From assembly GCF_001194135.2 (NCBI RefSeq), contig NC_068981.1, positions 40,016,845-40,080,844 on the forward strand: a DNA stretch of 64,000 nucleotides, written 5' to 3'. The stretch is from Octopus bimaculoides. Its lineage: Eukaryota. The notes beneath the pieces are model-generated. The model ran no database searches and was not told the origin of the DNA. It was given only the letters and a program-made list of their open reading frames with translations. The translations under genes and the position numbers were made by a program. Shown piece after piece: positions 25,605 through 38,395 of this stretch. How positions within the stretch are numbered: the first letter of the stretch is position 1; every line of letters begins with the position of its first letter.

Positions 25605-26165
25605 GGCATTGATGGAAATACATCATACCAAGGTACTGTGAATAAAGATAGACTGACCCATGAATATCAAACCTGACTAAGAAACATATGGTAGTCCGAA
25701 CTCTCCTCTTACAACAAGACAATACCCTGCAATGCCTTTACAGTACCAGATCTGATTCCAGCATTTGGGATACTTGACTGGTCTGTTGAAGAAATCCACA
25801 CCGTAGACATTAAAACCCGCAAGATTCTAACATCAACTAGAAATATCCACAAAAATAGTGATATCAATAGCTTTACGTAAGAAGTAATAAAGGAGGAAAA
25901 GGCTTGAGATCAGTACGGACAGCCTTTCTAATGTCGCATAGTCTGTCTTAGACAACACTTGTAAACAACAGCAGCAGCAGCAGCAAAAGTAAATACATTA
26001 ACTTAGTGCTGAAAAGTGAAGAAAGCAATATCTTACATGTTGGAAGTGAGCCACTCAGGAAGTACTCTCTGCCTGATGACCTCTCATACAACCCCAAATC
26101 AGCCGCACAAGCATACCTCAAAGAAGACCTCGAAGTGAAACACTCAGCATACCAAAACAAAGGGA
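25605..26165 (+). mobile_element. R4/Dong-clade LINE, post-RT fragment
   Basis: Translation SELSSYNKTIPCNAFTVPDLIPAFGILDWSVEEIHTVDIKTRKILT...IHKNSDI...KGGKGL matches the R4/Dong motifs N..A.P...FG..W...E...D.KTRK and LY..R..GG.GL. Confidence 0.75.
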
Positions 26166-26806
26166 AATTACTGTGTGGTTGACCGTTATTAAGATAAAAT
26201 AGCTATAGACCGCTGAGTAAGGGGAGGGAGTAAAGGTAAGGGAGTAGAAAAGTCTATAGTATTCGCGTAAGCGCACCAATCCATACATTCGCCTATATGT
26301 ATATACTCAAATCCCCCTCGCTTGAAACACACACATTCTCACCCACATACTCGCCAAAAACTATATATATATATATATATATATACATTTACATATATAT
26401 ACCTGCATACACATCCACACACACACGTGCTCAACACCCTCGCACCCATACACATGCACGCAAAAAAAAATTCACAGGGTTAAAAGCCAAATACAGAAGA
26501 AAGTGTGAAAAAGCTATAGGGCTAAAACGCGTCTATATGCGCATATTTCCGCATGCACGCACATACATCTATATACGCACGTACCCTCACACACGCACAC
26601 ATTCACAAACGCGCACATAAGGTTCCATGTACACGTCTATAGACGCACAGGTAAAAAGCAGGGTGGAGGGGAGAATACAGAAAAAATATGTGTGGAAAAT
26701 ATACAAATCGTTATCTCTATAAATATGTAAAAAAATAAAAGAGAGATAAAATGCTTATACATAGACACAATATAAAAAGTAAGTCCTATCAGTAAACACA
26801 GGAGGA

Positions 26807-27031
26807 CTAAAAGCGTAGCAAATATTTAGCCACATGTGGACATGATCCGAAAAGTTCAGTTCTTGAATTTAGACATGTGGTGGGGTCTAAGCTACCTTTC
26901 CAGATGAGCCATCTTCCTATATCACATAGACCGCACCTTCCGCTGCCGCTGGTGTAAGGTTTACACTTGGCTAAGATCTTCCAATGGATGTTGTAACTGA
27001 CACCGGCATCCGAAACTCGGAGTTTTATCAT
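26807..27031 (-). mobile_element. Penelope-like GIY-YIG endonuclease C-terminal fragment
   Basis: WKILAKCKPYTSGSGRCGLC...LNSRTELFGSCPHVAKYLL is the typical PLE C-terminus (W.I....PY......C.LC..EK; LN.R.EL...C.H). Confidence 0.85.
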
Positions 27032-27127
27032 GGCTACCGAATAAGTGTCACATATTTTTACAGATAAATTCCTCTATTTACATAATATCGAGGTCTCTCT
27101 CTTTCTTTTGTTGTCCTGTCTATCAAC

Positions 27128-27174
<47 letters not shown>

Positions 27175-28021
27175 TGTATGTACGTACGTATGTCATTGTT
27201 CAGTTTTATTTCAAGATTTCTTGCCAATAGAGAAAGAGCCTGTTTCTAACCTAGATCCAAGTCTCTTTCATTGAAACATCAACATCAACAACAGGGTATG
27301 TGTGTATGTATGTATGTAAGTTCTCTTCTACTTGTAATTATTTGATATCTTCCTGTAAGGAAGATTCTTGGAATCTAGATGACAAAACAAGCACATATTT
27401 TGAACTCGAAAACCTTTTGCAAGTATACATACATACACTCTCCCCACACGTTTTCTATCTCGGATTCACTCAGAACGCACTGATCAACGCGAAGCTATGA
27501 TAGATAACACTTTCCTAAGTGCCTCGCAATATGATTGAACTGAGCGAAAAGCATATCTTGAACACACAGCGTTGCCATCGTCTATATACAGAAAAACTAA
27601 AGTTCTTTGGTTTACATTTGCAATATATAATTAACTGTTTCTTTGTAGAATGATAAACGAGTGTGTAACAAACATGTTCCAGTCATTAATTCGTGTGGCA
27701 TATATACTCAAGGCAAAGATGAATTTGTAAGATGATGAATTATAGATTTATCTGCGTTGACATTTTATTAGTATTTATTTTATTGACCACAGAAAGAAAA
27801 AAAACATTCGACCACCTGAACAATAACTGAACATAAGACAGTTTAAATTAAATCACAAAAAGGAATTTCTGCGTGCAATAATTTACTAGGTCGTTTCTGT
27901 AGCAACGCTGCTGGTATAAATATTTGTTAATCATGCACGTAGCTTCACAAATTGTTGAAAGTGAAAGTATTTTTTTAAATCTGTGTTGCGTTGTCTGTGT
28001 CTTGAAACACACACACACACA

Positions 28022-28097
<76 letters not shown>

Positions 28098-29157
28098 TAC
28101 ACATAAACAACTAAAGAAACGTGTAGAAGGTGTTTGTGTGTGGTGGTTGTATTCACACATAGCTATTTTTGAAGTTTGTGTTGTGTTGATAGAGTTGCAC
28201 TTAAAATGCCCACATTTTTAATCAAAACTTGCTTGTTACTATGGTGACAACACTACTTAACTATCTATCCTTCACACACATACACACACACACACTTTCT
28301 CTCTTTTTTTTCTCTCGCTCTCTTTTTTTCTCTCTCTCTCTCTCACTGTATTTCTCTGTGAACAACAACTTGTTTTCTTTCCTTTCTTCTATTCAAAGTG
28401 AAAGTATCTTTAAGTTTGTGTTGCATTGTCTATATACTGAAATACACACAAATACACATACAAACAAAAAAAACTATATATATTATATATACATATAGCC
28501 ATTTTGAAATATGTTGCTGCATATTGACAGACTTGCACTCAAAATTCCCATGTTTTAAATTAAAACTTGTTAGTTATTATGGTGACAACAATACCTATCT
28601 ATCTAGCTTTCACACTTTCACTATCTCTTTCTCTCTTTATTTTTTTCTCTCTCTCTCTCTCACTGTATTTTTTCTTTCAACATCACCTTTTTCTTCTCTC
28701 CTTCTAAAAATACGTTGTGACGTGTATATATATTACTTCTCTTCGTCCAAAAATATGTTGTGACGTATATTTTGATTTCTCCTCTTCTTTGCCTCCCTTC
28801 TTATAAATGTTGTAGCGGACAGACAGACGGAGATCCGCTTCTGTTTTATAATATAATATTTCTTGTTAAAATGAAAATATATTCTGGAGCTTCTTGTGGT
28901 TTATAAGACCAGGATTTTGAGACGTGACAGAAAGGAAAACATCTTATCGAGATAAGATACATATATATCGTTTCATTTATCTGAACTCTAAATAATGAAG
29001 TACTAAGATTCATAAAATTAACCATTTTTCTTCCAGTCATTTTTAACATGAAAAATTCTAGAAAAAAATTTTAAACGTCGACCTTGATATGATGATGGTT
29101 ACTTATACTATTAACAGCAAGTAGAAGAGAGATAGATTCTAATATAAATGTAAAATT

Positions 29158-29375
29158 TAAGGCAGCAAGCTGGTAGAATCGTTGACACGCCGGGAAAATT
29201 ACTTAGCGGCATTTCGTCCGTCTTTACGTTCTGAGTTCAAATTCTGCGGTTGTCGACTATACTTTTCATCCTTTAAAGGTCGATAAAATAAGTACCAGTT
29301 GAACACTGGAGTTGATGTAATCGACATAACCCCTAACCCGAAATTGCTAGCGTTGTAACAAAATTTGAACCCAAA
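29158..29375 (+). mobile_element. SINE family A
   Basis: Collinear with the other family A copies. Confidence 0.85.
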
Positions 29376-29611
29376 ATAATCGTAAAATTTGAATATGTAC
29401 TGTATCTGGTTTGTTAAACGATTAGCCTAATTGTTGCTATTCTATCACTCTTGCGTGTATCTAATCAAATGACTGAGTGCAATTAATAAATCCTGTATTC
29501 CAGTTATATCATATATTATTCCGACTAAGGACTACACTATTCATGTGCAGGAAACGGAGCCCATTTGATTAGTTTCTAGTCTTTAAGAAGATGTACTCTT
29601 TCCTTTTCTTC

Positions 29612-29674
<63 letters not shown>

Positions 29675-31149
29675 AAGAGGGAGAGAGAGAGTATGAGCTT
29701 AAAACTATTTATAATGTATAAAATCTCGAACATGGCTAAATTATTCTGTCGAACTTGCATCACAATGTTAAATAATTACTTAGCTAATTAATTTATTTTT
29801 CTCAAAGGAAAGTTTAAGAAGGCTAGAAAATGGAATCAGATGGATTCCATTTTCTGCACACAGATCGTGTTGTGTGGTCTCCATTCTGACTAATACATGA
29901 TACAACTGGAATACTGAATTTATTAATAATCAAATTCGGTCATTTGATTTTATGCATGCAAGAATTATCAAATTGCACCAACAACCAGCTGTAGTACAAG
30001 GTCAAATTTTAAGATTGTATTGAAATTTATCTTTCTCCAACTCATTGTTAATAATATAAGTAACCATCATTGTGCCAGGATTGACATTTGAAAGCGTTTA
30101 CGAGAATGAGTTCATAAGAATCATCGTGTCTATGGAAATTGCATGAAATTTAGTATTTCACTGTTTACAAACTAATGAGGTCCTGATGTGAATGTTTTAT
30201 TTTTTCAGTCAGAAAATCCCAGGCTCATTCAGATATTCGTGGGTAACATAGATTATTATCTGAACGATTTTCAGTCATAAATTTTTTTTTAATTGATTTA
30301 AGCTCAGTTCTAACATTATCTGTAATAATGCCATGTACTCCTTTGTTACTCAATTAACAATACAATGTACAACATTATTTTGGATAATGTAAAGTGTATG
30401 GAATACAAGTAACCTTGTAGTGAAAAGTAAACGATTGGTTTATATGATATGATCGACTATATAACTTCTTATAGTTGCAGTCCAGGATTGGAAATCAGAA
30501 ATGAGTAACCAACGGGTCCCAATTTTCATCTAGGTCTTCATTCGAATTTATTGTAATCATAACCATTACGTCTCCAAAATCATCTAGTTTCGTAGCTTGT
30601 GTTCGATACAAATCATAGAGCGCACTATTGAACATATTAATTGTAGTATTTTGATCATATCCACAAACGACATCCTGTTCTTTAAAAAAGATGACTCTGA
30701 GACTAGAAACAAGATAAGAGGTTTACAATTGTAACGCCTTTGATGATGACAACTATACGCTATCAGACCTACACTGGAGTTAAACAACAGCAATGACGTT
30801 TATCTTATTAATGGATAAGCAAGCGATAAGTAATAAACTGGAAAAACAAAATCCAGAGAATAGCGATTAGTTTGTTGTCCCAAAACATAAAGTAAGGACA
30901 CTGAACATGTAATGAAGTACATAGTTGTTCAGAAAGTAAGGAATTTCGCAAACATGCAAATTACAAACTACAGAAAGTTTCAAGTGAACATTTCACTATG
31001 AGTAATGGATTGTTTTTTTGTTTTTTTTAATCCTATAAGACAATCCACAAGTAAAATTTGATCTTAGAATAATAGGCAGTGCAAAACATAATAGCAGCCT
31101 TTTGCTCAGAGATAGAATATTCCCATCCCTCAGACATCAGTGAAATGCA

Positions 31150-31487
31150 TATTCCTTTCTACACTAGGCACAAGGCCCGAAATTTTGGAGGAGGGGACCA
31201 GTCGATTAGATCGATCCCAGTACGCAACTGGTACTTAATTTATCAACCTCGAAAGGAGGAAAAGTATAGTCGACCTCGGCGGAATTTGAACTCAGAACGT
31301 AACGGCAGACAAAATCTCACAACGTAAAGACAGACGAAATGCCGCTAAGCATTTCGCCCGGCGCGCTAACGTTTCTTATTTCTTTATTGCCCACACGGGG
31401 CTAACCATAGAGGGGACAAACAAGGACAGACAAAGGGATTAAGTCGATTCCACCGACTCCAGTGCGTAACTGGTACTTAATTTATCG
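31150..31487 (-). mobile_element. SINE family A, one full copy and one partial copy, antisense in the sulfotransferase intron
   Basis: Reverse complement of the family A head and core. The second copy runs into an N gap. Confidence 0.85.
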
Positions 31488-31709
31488 NNNNNNNNNNNNN
31501 NNNNNNNNNNNNNNNNNNNNNNNNNNNNNNNNNNNNNNNNNNNNNNNNNNNNNNNNNNNNNNNNNNNNNNNNNNNNNNNNNNNNNNNNNNNNNNNNNNNN
31601 NNNNNNNNNNNNNNNNNNNNNNNNNNNNNNNNNNNNNNNNNNNNNNNNNNNNNNNNNNNNNNNNNNNNNNNNNNNNNNNNNNNNNNNNNNNNNNNNNNNN
31701 NNNNNNNNN

Positions 31710-31776
<67 letters not shown>

Positions 31777-32240
31777 AGTAAATTTAGATATACGGAAATG
31801 GAGCATTGTCTGCTAATAAAGGCAGAAGGAAGTGAGTGGGATGATGCACATTAAGCACAGTTCTATTATATATATATTTTTTTGTCTTTATCTTTTACTT
31901 TTATATTCATGTTTTGTTGTTATTATTTATTTTGAAATTGTTTAAAGTTTCTTTTAAACTCTCTTTAACTTCAGGAAAGAAAACTAAAAACTTATTTCTC
32001 TGCTTGCAGGAAATATATTAGACAAAGACCTTTACAATCTTAAATGTTTTACATTCACTCAGTATGTATACCCTCATGTTTATCACTAACAATTTTATAG
32101 ACAATCAAATAAATTGTGTATGTAAGTGTGTCTATGTGTATTTCCGCAATTATGCTGATAATGTGCTACTTTTTTTTTCTGTCTATACATTGGAAAAGGA
32201 TTTAGTTTTGACTCTTGATTCTATCAACAGATCATTGCAG

Positions 32241-33184
32241 GATCGGCGACAATCCCAAGAGAGTTAACTAACACATATCAACTGAAGCTCAGGGAAACAA
32301 TTAATAGCAAATCATTTCAAACAAATCCCATCAAGGAGAAACTACTAACAAAAACACCACATTTACTATCAAAAGGCCTTAAATTTTCAAGAAATTTAGC
32401 CAACAAAAGAAAAGGGCTATTTTCATCGAACGCAACGAGAGAGCAAAACTTTAAACGGAAACAATTATTAAATGGTCAATGTCAGCGACATGGTCTCAGA
32501 CACCCTCCACTTAATTATCTGATGCTTGTGAACCACCAACATAAAATGGTATTCTGCTACATCCCTAAAGTTGGTTGCACATTCTTTAAACGCCTTATGT
32601 TGATTCTCAATGGGAAATATCCGAATGTTTCTAGTCCGTATGATATAGCACCAACCAAAATACACGTGTTGCCAATAGATCTCCTTTCGACTCATCCCAG
32701 AGAAAATGCCGCAGTCTTGAGGGCTTACAAGAAAGTAGTTTTTGTCCGGGATCCTTATACACGCCTTTTTTCAGGTTATCTCGACAAAATGTTTATGCCA
32801 CGACAAATGTTTAAAACCCTGTGTACTTATATTATTAAAACTTTTAGGAAAAGTGTGGTTAAAAATTCAAGTATTACATGTCCTCTTGATGTAACTTTTG
32901 AAGAATTTTTGCGTTATGTTATCCATTCAAATCAGAACAATGTAAAAAAAAATTATCATTTTGGTATGATGCATGATCTGTGTGGTACCTGTGATATCAA
33001 GTATGATATCATAGGGAAACTCGAGACTTTTGTCCCTGATTTGAATTTAATGTTTGAAGAAATTGGTGAAAGTCATAGAATGCCAGTCGAAAATTTGGTA
33101 ACTGAAAGGGTTGAAGATGATCTTACAGCTGTCGTTGACTACGCCTTTCATACCAAGAAGAATACATGTATGGATTTCTCGCAA
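32241..33184 (+). CDS. Carbohydrate sulfotransferase (CHST8-14/HNK-1ST family, Sulfotransfer_2), main exon
   Basis: Frame is open from 32219. Contains the 5'-PSB motif FCYIPKVGCT, 3'-PB motif FVRDPYTRLFSGY, VTFEEF, HF, C..C.I.YD.IGKLET. Acceptor TTGCAG| at 32240 (alternative CAG at 32230). Donor CAA|GTAAGT at 33185, phase 0. Confidence 0.9.
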
Positions 33185-33709
33185 GTAAGTGACAAGCCTT
33201 GTATATCTTTACTTGAAAATAGTGACCTACTTAAATAATCCGCCGCAAATTAAGTAATGAATTGGTTTACTTTCTTTTTTAATTAGCGAGAGTATCATAG
33301 GCTAAAGGCAAGCTCACAAAAAGCTGCATCTGTAAGCTGTTTTTATCCTTGTTTACTGGCACACAAAATCATTAAAAGCATGAATGAGAAGCAGTTTCAT
33401 TTCCTACTGTGCCCTAAAATCGGCACTTTTTATTATTTAATAAATTCCCATTTTACATATAGAGATGGCCATTATGTTCAGTTGATCACTCTGTAACAAT
33501 AGTTAAGCTACCGAGAAAACTAGGATGCAACCCAATTTCAACTTAGACCACTCTGCTACTAATGGTTGTATAAAAATCTGAGTTCTAATGTGTGCACCTT
33601 TTTCTTGTTTAAATATAAGCCATTGTGCTTAGTAAAAATGTTTAATTGATGTTGTTGTCAATGTTCGTATTCTTCAATATACGCACTATTAGGGCGGCGA
33701 ACTGGTGGA

Positions 33710-33900
33710 ACCTTTAAGCACGTCGGGAAGATTGCTATGCGGCATTTCGTCCGTCTATGTTCAAACTCCGTCAAGGTCGATTTTGCCTTTCATGTTTTAG
33801 AGGTCGATAAAATAAGCACCAGTTGAGTGTGGAGTCGATGTAATCGACTTAGCCCCTTGCCCGAAATTTCTAGCCTTGTGCCAAAATTTGAAACCAATAT
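33710..33900 (+). mobile_element. SINE family A in the last intron of the sulfotransferase
   Basis: GGCGGCGAACTGGTGGAACC...GTCGATTTTGCCTTTCATG...GATAAAATAAGCACCAG. Confidence 0.8.
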
Positions 33901-33942
33901 AATATTCTCTATTTATTATACTCATGTTTCTTAAATTTTCAG

Positions 33943-34278
33943 ATTTTGCGCCGCACATGGCGAAGAGCTCAGATTCGAGGATTCGTCAGTATGGATTTAG
34001 ATTTCCCTTTTACCAATAACCAGACATTATTTGTAACTCAACAAGAATTTTTAGATACTATTAAAGATGCCAGTCTGGTTTCAAGAAATGATAAAAGTTT
34101 AAAAGTCATCAAAAGTGAAGCAATGTCTTACGCTTATAGTACAGTACCGATGGATGTTTTAAATCAATTAGAGGTTCTTCTAAAAGATGACTGTTTACAA
34201 TTTGGATACGACACAAGGCCAAAACATGTATTCGAAGCCAATCAACGAACATGGAATTTTAATTATTTTGATGTTTGA
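33943..34278 (+). CDS. Carbohydrate sulfotransferase, terminal exon
   Basis: Acceptor TTAAATTTTCAG| at 33942, phase 0. ILRRTWRRAQIRG...YAYSTVPMDVLNQLEVLLKDDCLQFGYDTRP ends with the family-typical D...FGY motif, then TGA. Confidence 0.88.
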   Translation: MLRRTWRRAQIRGFVSMDLDFPFTNNQTLFVTQQEFLDTIKDASLVSRNDKSLKVIKSEAMSYAYSTVPMDVLNQLEVLLKDDCLQFGYDTRPKHVFEANQRTWNFNYFDV

Positions 34279-35680
34279 GATATAGACATTTAAAATGAAG
34301 CACAATTTATTAATAATTTTGAGGGTATTTATGGTTTTGCTTTTGCGTATATGTTGTTGTTCTTGTTTAGCACTGCATCACCTTCATTGAACTCATATAA
34401 AGACATCATGCCAGGGACGATTACATCATTAGTTTTCTAAACCAGGCCTACAGTGTCTATCTACTGTTTCATGTTTTAGACGGTTGGATATGATGTGAGA
34501 GAGATATAGCTCTTACTTCTAGAAGGCGACCGCATACGTGTTTTAAAGTATTTTATTTATACTATGTAAGGGTACACGCCATACACATTTCTGAGCGACA
34601 TGTGATAAACATTTCTGAGCGACATACATCATTGTTTTACCGCAGCTTCAGTCTCGCTGTGTATTCTACCTCTGCAGCATCATGGATACAACTCAGTGAG
34701 TTGAAAGATGATGCTCCGATATATATATGATCTATGAAAGTTTCTCTTAAGTATATTTCTATATAACATACAATCATATAATGCTAAGTATAAATATTGA
34801 TATAAAATGTACATATATAATAGGGAATGTTGAAAATAAATAATACTAGACTGAAAAAATTACGAAACGGCTGTAATCATAGAGAAATCATATGGAAGTA
34901 ATAAATCTGTATTCACTTCTTATGCATCCTGATTATATGATTATATCGTGATGATGGACTGATTTTATTAAGAAATTTGAACAGTCATAGGTATGATAAA
35001 TTTATGGAAAATTTGATTAAATAATTTCAGGAAAATAGAAGACACTAACCTTATTGCAGTTAATCTTTTAGACACAGCCTTGAAATTAGATAATACTTGA
35101 TTAACTTGTTGATATTTTTCCAGCCTTATAATTTAAGGTCTAAGGAAGATAACTCTTTTAACTTTTATTACTTTCTACATTTTAGTTTTGCCTTTTTTTT
35201 TTTTTTTTGCTTTTCGTTTTCCGTTTTTTTAACCTGACGTGTTTTGTATATCCTGTCTTCTCAGCTTTTTCGCGTTTCTTCTCTCATCCAATTTTTTAGT
35301 TCGTTATGATATGTGGTTTGTGTTTGATGAATATGCTTGAAATATTTCTCAACATATTGATACTATTAGTAGCACTTAAAGACATGTATTGTCCTTTAAA
35401 TAAATATTTATCTCTCACCAGATAGAGTACTTATTTTGTTGATCTTTCTGTCTCAGAACAGTATATTATGATACACACACACACATACACTCGTGCATAC
35501 ATGCAACTATACATATGCGCACACATGCTTATGTGCTCACACGCACACACAAATATATATATATATATATATTAATAAATCTCGGGATAGCAAAAAAAAT
35601 TTTGAAATTCTATTTGCTACCAGTGGTCTAGCGAGAAGAAAAAAAACTCGTCAATAGAGTATATATTATTCATATAAATA

Positions 35681-36049
35681 CAGTGTACATTTAAACACAT
35701 CAGAGAGCTGTCCATAATAGGACATCTAACCCGCTAGAATGAGCAGTCAAAACTCCAAACCACAATTAGGGATAATTTCGAAAGGGACTGAAAAATAAAA
35801 ACATTTACCATCTATTAACATTTATGTTAATCTTGGCTTTTCCGCTGATGATAGCTTGTCTTGCAAAGTATTATTCTATTTCGCTAAAAATAGCTTGAAA
35901 CCATGGTTCGGAAAATAGATGGTAAATGTTTTTATTTTTCATTCCCTTTCGAAATTATCCCTAATTGTAGTTTAGAGTTTTGACTGCTCCTTCTAGCGGG
36001 TTAGATGTCCTATTATGGACATTTCTCTGATGTGTTTAAATGTACACTG
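35681..36049. repeat. Long inverted repeat: arms 35681-35816 and 35914-36049 (136 bp each, 6 mismatches by eye) around a 97-bp loop
   Basis: CAGTGTACATTTAAACAC...CATTTACCATCTATT versus AATAGATGGTAAATG...GTGTTTAAATGTACACTG. The right arm abuts an N gap, so the true length may be greater. Confidence 0.92.
35838..35915 (+). ncRNA. Type I hammerhead ribozyme motif in the loop of the palindrome
   Basis: TTTTCCG CTGATGA TAGCT...AGCTT GAAAC CATG GTT CGGAAAA. It has a 7-bp stem I, canonical CUGAUGA/GAAA core, perfect palindromic stem III ACCAUGGU and a GUU triplet (cleavage after 35908). Confidence 0.88.
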
Positions 36050-36456
36050 NNNNNNNNNNNNNNNNNNNNNNNNNNNNNNNNNNNNNNNNNNNNNNNNNNN
36101 NNNNNNNNNNNNNNNNNNNNNNNNNNNNNNNNNNNNNNNNNNNNNNNNNNNNNNNNNNNNNNNNNNNNNNNNNNNNNNNNNNNNNNNNNNNNNNNNNNNN
36201 NNNNNNNNNNNNNNNNNNNNNNNNNNNNNNNNNNNNNNNNNNNNNNNNNNNNNNNNNNNNNNNNNNNNNNNNNNNNNNNNNNNNNNNNNNNNNNNNNNNN
36301 NNNNNNNNNNNNNNNNNNNNNNNNNNNNNNNNNNNNNNNNNNNNNNNNNNNNNNNNNNNNNNNNNNNNNNNNNNNNNNNNNNNNNNNNNNNNNNNNNNNN
36401 NNNNNNNNNNNNNNNNNNNNNNNNNNNNNNNNNNNNNNNNNNNNNNNNNNNNNNNN

Positions 36457-36499
<43 letters not shown>

Positions 36500-37094
36500 C
36501 GACGGGGCTATGTGAGCGTATGATGGTAACCAGGTGTGTGAAGATGCAGAGTTACATATATTGAGAAAAAAAAACACACACACACACACACACACAAACA
36601 CATATATACACACACACACAAACTCACGCATCCAGGTGTGCTCGAACATGACAGGCTACGTATTGTATTTTGTCAATTCTGGAAGGATTAAAATTGAAGT
36701 CACCCTCTAACAGATATTACACTAAAATATAACACAGTGGACTTAAACACTGCATGTCATTGTCTCTGCCAACCTACCATAACAGCCATTTCTAATACAG
36801 GTACGAATAAATGGGTGTTGATTTTTATATATTTTAACTCTAGAAAGTTGATGGACAAAGTAGAAATCCGGTGGCATTTGAACATCAAATATAAAGCGTC
36901 ACAACTCAACAACGTATTTCATTCCGTCTGATAATCTACGTATTCTTTTAATCCGATATGCTATTAAAATTGATTGAACATTGTTTAGAATTTATTTTAT
37001 GTAAGACTATAACCATTTATAGTTGTGGATTGATAACATTTGAAAAATATATCGCATATGTGATACATTTGAATAAAACCCAAAATAAAGAAAT

Positions 37095-37181
<87 letters not shown>

Positions 37182-38189
37182 CCGACAGACAGACAGATTA
37201 TAAATGTTCGTACATATTTTATGAATTATATATATTTGGAGTGTTATATAGAATCTCATTCGAAAATATTATTGAACAATAAAAGTCATTATCTAAAAAC
37301 TAAACCATAAATATGAATAATATATCGCATTAATTTGTATACAGTCGCAAAAATTACTTTTCTATGCAGTCAAAAATTTGCCGGGAGGTATAGTGAATTT
37401 CATCGTCCTAGTCACTCACCAACCAAACGAAGAATAAAAGTAAATTAGCATTCGGTCGAAATTCAATTTCAGAACACAAAGGGAAATAACTCCATACTGC
37501 AAACCAATAATTCCTGTAACTCATTTCTGTAACTACAAAGCCGTATCTTAATAAATAATAATTTCTATTATAGACACAAGCCAAAAATAGTAGTAGTGGA
37601 AATTGTCTTTGAAGTTTTCGTTAGTAATTTACTTGTAATTTATTTTATCAACACACATAGAGTAATTGTTAGATTTTACAGAGTGTTAACATTTGTCACC
37701 CGCCCCGCCGATATATTTCTACCATTTTACGAATGGCCAGGCTCTAGTATAGGATTTTATCGTTAAAATTTATGAGCAATAAACTGGTTTATACTTCTAC
37801 AATGCACAAAATATTTTAACTTTATTTTTTATTCAATTCCTTATAATATTTAATTATAAAAATATAATAGAACTTTTTTAAACATCGAATATCTATGGTG
37901 GTTCAGTAGAGTAAAATATGAATTAAAGAGGTCCATAGGCAAAACGTGGTTGAATCACTGCTCTTTGAATTCTCCTCTTCCTTACAATCTTAAAACTCTT
38001 TCCATTTTGTTAACAATTTGTACCTAACATCTTCCAATGCACACCATCAGTAATTTCTTTGGATTACACTTCTCCAAGTGAAATTTAACCCCTTGTGGGC
38101 AATAAAGAAATAGATATCAGAGGTGAAATGAATTCTCAAAGCAATGTCATTTTCAGAAATTATATCATCCCAGAAATATACTACAACTG

Positions 38190-38395
38190 CAGGAACGGCG
38201 AGCTAGCAGAATCGTTAGCACGTCGGGCAAAAATGCTTAGTGTCCTGAGTTTAAATTCCACCGAGGTTGATTTTGCTTTTCGTCTTTTCAGGGTCCATAA
38301 AATAATTACCAATTGAGCACTGGGATCGATGTAATTGCCTTACACCCCACCACCGAAATTTCTGGCGTTATGCTAAAATTTGAAACTAATATTAG
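38190..38395 (+). mobile_element. SINE family A
   Basis: GGCGAGCTAGCAGAATCGTTAGCACG...core. Confidence 0.8.

Noticed and set aside
26195-26330. CTATAGAC...GTCTATAG inverted 8-mer with CTGAGTA and a later GCTTGAAAC
   Set aside because: Core is not CUGAnGA, the enclosed sequence is purine-only, and it is on the wrong strand for the neighbouring PLE.
32010-32121. Candidate extra CHST exon (acceptor at 32009, donors at 32062 or 32122)
   Set aside because: Its phases do not join the downstream exon without a frameshift or a TGA. It could only be UTR or a non-productive exon.
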